A stretch of DNA of 64,000 nucleotides from Eledone cirrhosa (lineage: Eukaryota): NCBI GenBank assembly GCA_964016885.1, contig OZ024740.1, positions 217,744,001 through 217,808,000 of the forward strand. Reading direction: 5' to 3'. A program made the translations under genes and the position numbers. The notes below the pieces were generated by a model. The model was not told the origin of the DNA, did not search any database, and saw nothing but the letters and a program-made list of their open reading frames with translations. This document shows, in pieces, positions 60,001-64,000 of the stretch (the first letter of the stretch is position 1; the number at the start of each line of letters is the position of its first letter).

Positions 60001-63000
60001 TGGAATAAATGCTCTGAAATAGCGATATATATGTGAATATAGACATAGAATATTCGCAAATATTCTGTATGTTTATAATAAACATTTTGAAGACCTAATC
60101 GCTATAGAATAGGATACGTCACGTATTACAATTAGATTCTCGATAAAAGTAAGGGAAGTAATCTACGCGTTTCATTCTTATTAGAAATCTTCAGGATTAC
60201 ATATCCAGTGCTTTTATCGAGAATGACACAGCTAGAGACTTATAGAATACTTAGCTGTGTACAGGAACTGGTTTGAAAGAGCGGTTGCCGGTCCGGCAGA
60301 AATTAGAAATTGGAATAAATGCTCTGAAATAGCGATATATATGTGAATATAGACATAGAATATTCGAAAATATTCTGTATGTTTATAATAAACATTTTGA
60401 AGACCTAATCGCTATAGAATAGAATACGTCACGTATTACAATTAGATTCTCGATAAAAGTAAGGGAAGTAATCTACGCGTTTCATTCTTATTAGAAATCT
60501 TCAGGACTACATATCCAGTGCTTTTATCGAGAATGACACAGCTAGAGACTTATAGAATACTTAGCTGTGTACAGGAACTGGTTTGAAAGAGCGGTTGCCG
60601 GTCCGGCAGAAATTAGAAATTGGAATAAATGCTCTGAAATAGCGATATATATGTGAATATAGACATAGAATATTCGAAAATATTCTGTATGTTTATAATA
60701 AACATTTTGAAGACCTAATCGCTATAGAATAGAATACGTCACGTATTACAATTAGATTCTCGATAAAAGCAAGGGAAGTAATCTACGCGTTTCATTCTTA
60801 TTAGAAATCTTCAGGACTACATATCCAGTGCTTTTATCGAGAATGACACAGCTAGAGACTTATAGAATACTTAGCTGTGTACAGGAACTGGTTTGAAAGA
60901 GCGGTTGCCGTTCCGGCAGAAATTAGAAATTGGAATAAATGCTCTGAAATAGCGATATATATGTGAATATAGACATAGAATATTCGAAAATATTCTGTAT
61001 GTTTATAATAAACATTTTGAAGACCTAATCGCTATAGAATAGAATACGTCACGTATTACAATTAGATTCTCGATAAAAGTAAGGGAAGTAATCTACGCGT
61101 TTCATTCTTATTAGAAATCTTCAGGACTACATATCCAGTGCTTTTATCGAGAATGACACAGCTAGAGACTTATAGAATACTTAGCTGTGTACAGGAACTG
61201 GTTTGAAAGAGCGGTTGCCGGTCCGGCAGAAATTAGAAATTGGAATAAATGCTCTGAAATAGCGATATATATGTGAATATAGACATAGAATATTCGAAAA
61301 TATTCTGTATGTTTATAATAAACATTTTGAAGACCTAATCGCTATAGAATAGAATACGTCACGTATTACAATTAGATTCTCGATAAAAGCAAGGGAAGTA
61401 ATCTACGCGTTTCATTCTTATTAGAAATCTTCAGGACTACATATCCAGTGCTTTTATCGAGAATGACACAGCTAGAGACTTATAGAATACTTAGCTGTGT
61501 ACATGAACTGGTTTGAAAGAGCGGTTGCCGGTCCGGCAGAAATTAGAAATTGGAATAAATGCTCTGAAATAGCGATATATATGTGAATATAGACATAGAA
61601 TATTCGAAAATATTCTGTATGTTTATAATAAACATTTTGAAGACCTAATCGCTATAGAATAGAATACGTCACGTATTACAATTAGATTCTCGATAAAAGT
61701 AAGGGAAGTAATCTACGCGTTTCATTCTTATTAGAAATCTTCAGGACTACATATCCAGTGCTTTTATCGAGAATGACACAGCTAGAGACTTATAGAATAC
61801 TTAGCTGTGTACAGGAACTGGTTTGAACGAGCGGTTGCCGGTCCGGCAGAAATTAGAAATTGGAATAAATGCTCTGAAATAGCGATATATATGTGAATAT
61901 AGACATAGAATATTCGCAAATATTCTGTATGTTTATAATAAACATTTTGAAGACCTAATCGCTATAGAATAGAATACGTCACGTATTACAATTAGATTCT
62001 CGATAAAAGTAAGGGAAGTAATCTACGCGTTTCATTCTTATTAGAAATCTTCAGGACTACATATCCAGTGCTTTTATCGAGAATGACACAGCTAGAGACT
62101 TATAGAATACTTAGCTGTGTACAGGAACTGGTTTGAAAGAGCGATCGCCGGTCCGGCAGAAATTAGAAATTGGAATAAATGCTCTGAAATAGCGATATAT
62201 ATGTGAATATAGACATAGAATATTCGAAAATATTCTGTATGTTTATAATAAACATTTTGAAGACCTAATCGCTATAGAATAGAATACGTCACGTATTACA
62301 ATTAGATTCTCGATAAAAGTAAGGGAAGTAATCTACGCGTTTCATTCTTATTAGAAATCTTCAGGACTACATATCCAGTGCTTTTATCGAGAATGACACA
62401 GCTAGAGACTTATAGAATACTTAGCTGTGTACAGGAACTGGTTTGAAAGAGCGGTTGCCGGTCCGGCAGAAATTAGTAATTGGAATAAATGCTCTGAAAT
62501 AGCGATATATATGTGAATATAGACATAGAATATTCGAAAATATTCTGTATGTTTATAATAAACATTTTGAAGACCTAATCGCTATAGAATAGAATACGTC
62601 ACGTATTACAATTAGATTCTCGATAAAAGTAAGGGAAGTAATCTACGCGTTTCATTCTTATTAGAAATCTTCAGGACTACATATCCAGTGCTTTTATCGA
62701 GAATGACACAGCTAGAGACTTATAGAATACTTAGCTGTGTACAGGAACTGGTTTGAAAGAGCGGTTGCCGGTCCGGCAGAAATTAGAAATTGGAATAAAT
62801 GCTCTGAAATAGCGATATATATGTGAATATAGACATAGAATATTCGAAAATATTCTGTATGTTTATAATAAACATTTTGAAGACCTAATCGCTATAGAAT
62901 AGAATACGTCACGTATTACAATTAGATTCTCGATAAAAGCAAGGGAAGTAATCTACGCGTTTCATTCTTATTAGAAATCTTCAGGACTACATATCCAGTG

Positions 63001-64000
63001 CTTTTATCGAGAATGACACAGCTAGAGACTTATAGAATACTTAGCTGTGTACAGGAACTGGTTTGAAAGAGCGGTTGCCGGTCCGGCAGAAATTAGAAAT
63101 TGGAATAAATGCTCTGAAATAGCGATATATATGTGAATATAGACATAGAATATTCGAAAATATTCTGTATGTTTATAATAAACATTTTGAAGACCTAATC
63201 GCTATAGAATAGAATACGTCACGTATTACAATTAGATTCTCGATAAAAGCAAGGGAAGTAATCTACGCGTTTCATTCTTATTAGAAATCTTCAGGACTAC
63301 ATATCCAGTGCTTTTATCGAGAATGACACAGCTAGAGACTTATAGAATACTTAGCTGTGTACAGGAACTGGTTTGAAAGAGCGGTTGCCGGTCCGGCAGA
63401 AATTAGAAATTGGAATAAATGCTCTGAAATAGCGATATATATGTGAATATAGACATAGAATATTCGCAAATATTCTGTATGTTTATAATAAACATTTTGA
63501 AGACCTAATCGCTATAGAATAGGATACGTCACGTATTACAATTAGATTCTCGATAAAAGTAAGGGAAGTAATCTACGCGTTTCATTCTTATTAGAAATCT
63601 TCAGGATTACATATCCAGTGCTTTTATCGAGAATGACACAGCTAGAGACTTATAGAATACTTAGCTGTGTACAGGAACTGGTTTGAAAGAGCGGTTGCCG
63701 GTCCGGCAGAAATTAGAAATTGGAATAAATGCTCTGAAATAGCGATATATATGTGAATATAGACATAGAATATTCGAAAATATTCTGTATGTTTATAATA
63801 AACATTTTGAAGACCTAATCGCTATAGAATAGAATACGTCACGTATTACAATTAGATTCTCGATAAAAGTAAGGGAAGTAATCTACGCGTTTCATTCTTA
63901 TTAGAAATCTTCAGGACTACATATCCAGTGCTTTTATCGAGAATGACACAGCTAGAGACTTATAGAATACTTAGCTGTGTACAGGAACTGGTTTGAAAGA
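51046..64000 (-). repeat. 310-bp tandem satellite, ~42 near-identical copies, continuing beyond the window
   Basis: TAGACATAGA at 51051, 51361, 51671 and so on. One 1-bp deletion near 59281. Confidence 0.99.
51169..51211 (-). ncRNA. Minimal type I hammerhead in the satellite monomer (repeats every 310 bp; 42 cores, the last at 63878)
   Basis: Minus strand: GTAGTC-CTGAAGA-tTTCT(aata)AGAAt-GAAA-CGCG-TA^GATTAC, enclosed by a 16-bp stem (51147-51162 with 51220-51235). Confidence 0.88.

Noticed and set aside
51046-64000. CRISPR array or 5S/tRNA/snRNA gene array
   Set aside because: No unique spacers and no cas genes. No recognisable A/B boxes, cloverleaf or Sm site.

Overview
AT-rich eukaryotic heterochromatin-like window, probably from an octopus (inferred from a tRNA-derived SINE resembling octopus OK/Nin-domain SINEs). 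No intact host gene. Contents: (i) a disabled cysteine-rich VWC/pacifastin-repeat exon (3178-4748); (ii) an apparently perfect 10.8-kb (AATCG)n array; (iii) a ~33-kb (TA)n field (17.9-51 kb) holding 5'-truncated CR1-group LINEs, Penelope-like elements (RT + C-terminal GIY-YIG, CxCx5C linker, probably Hydra clade) and many non-coding fold-back elements; (iv) a 310-bp satellite of ~42 copies running off the right edge. Main result: each satellite monomer carries a type I minimal hammerhead ribozyme on the minus strand inside a highly base-paired monomer, i.e. a retrozyme-like satellite. About ten other, unrelated hammerhead families occur in PLE pseudo-LTRs and non-autonomous hairpin or partial-tandem elements. 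Together they suggest a PLE-driven, (TA)n-targeted, ribozyme-processed family of mobile non-coding RNAs. All ribozyme calls come from motif and pairing inspection by eye; none is tested for activity.
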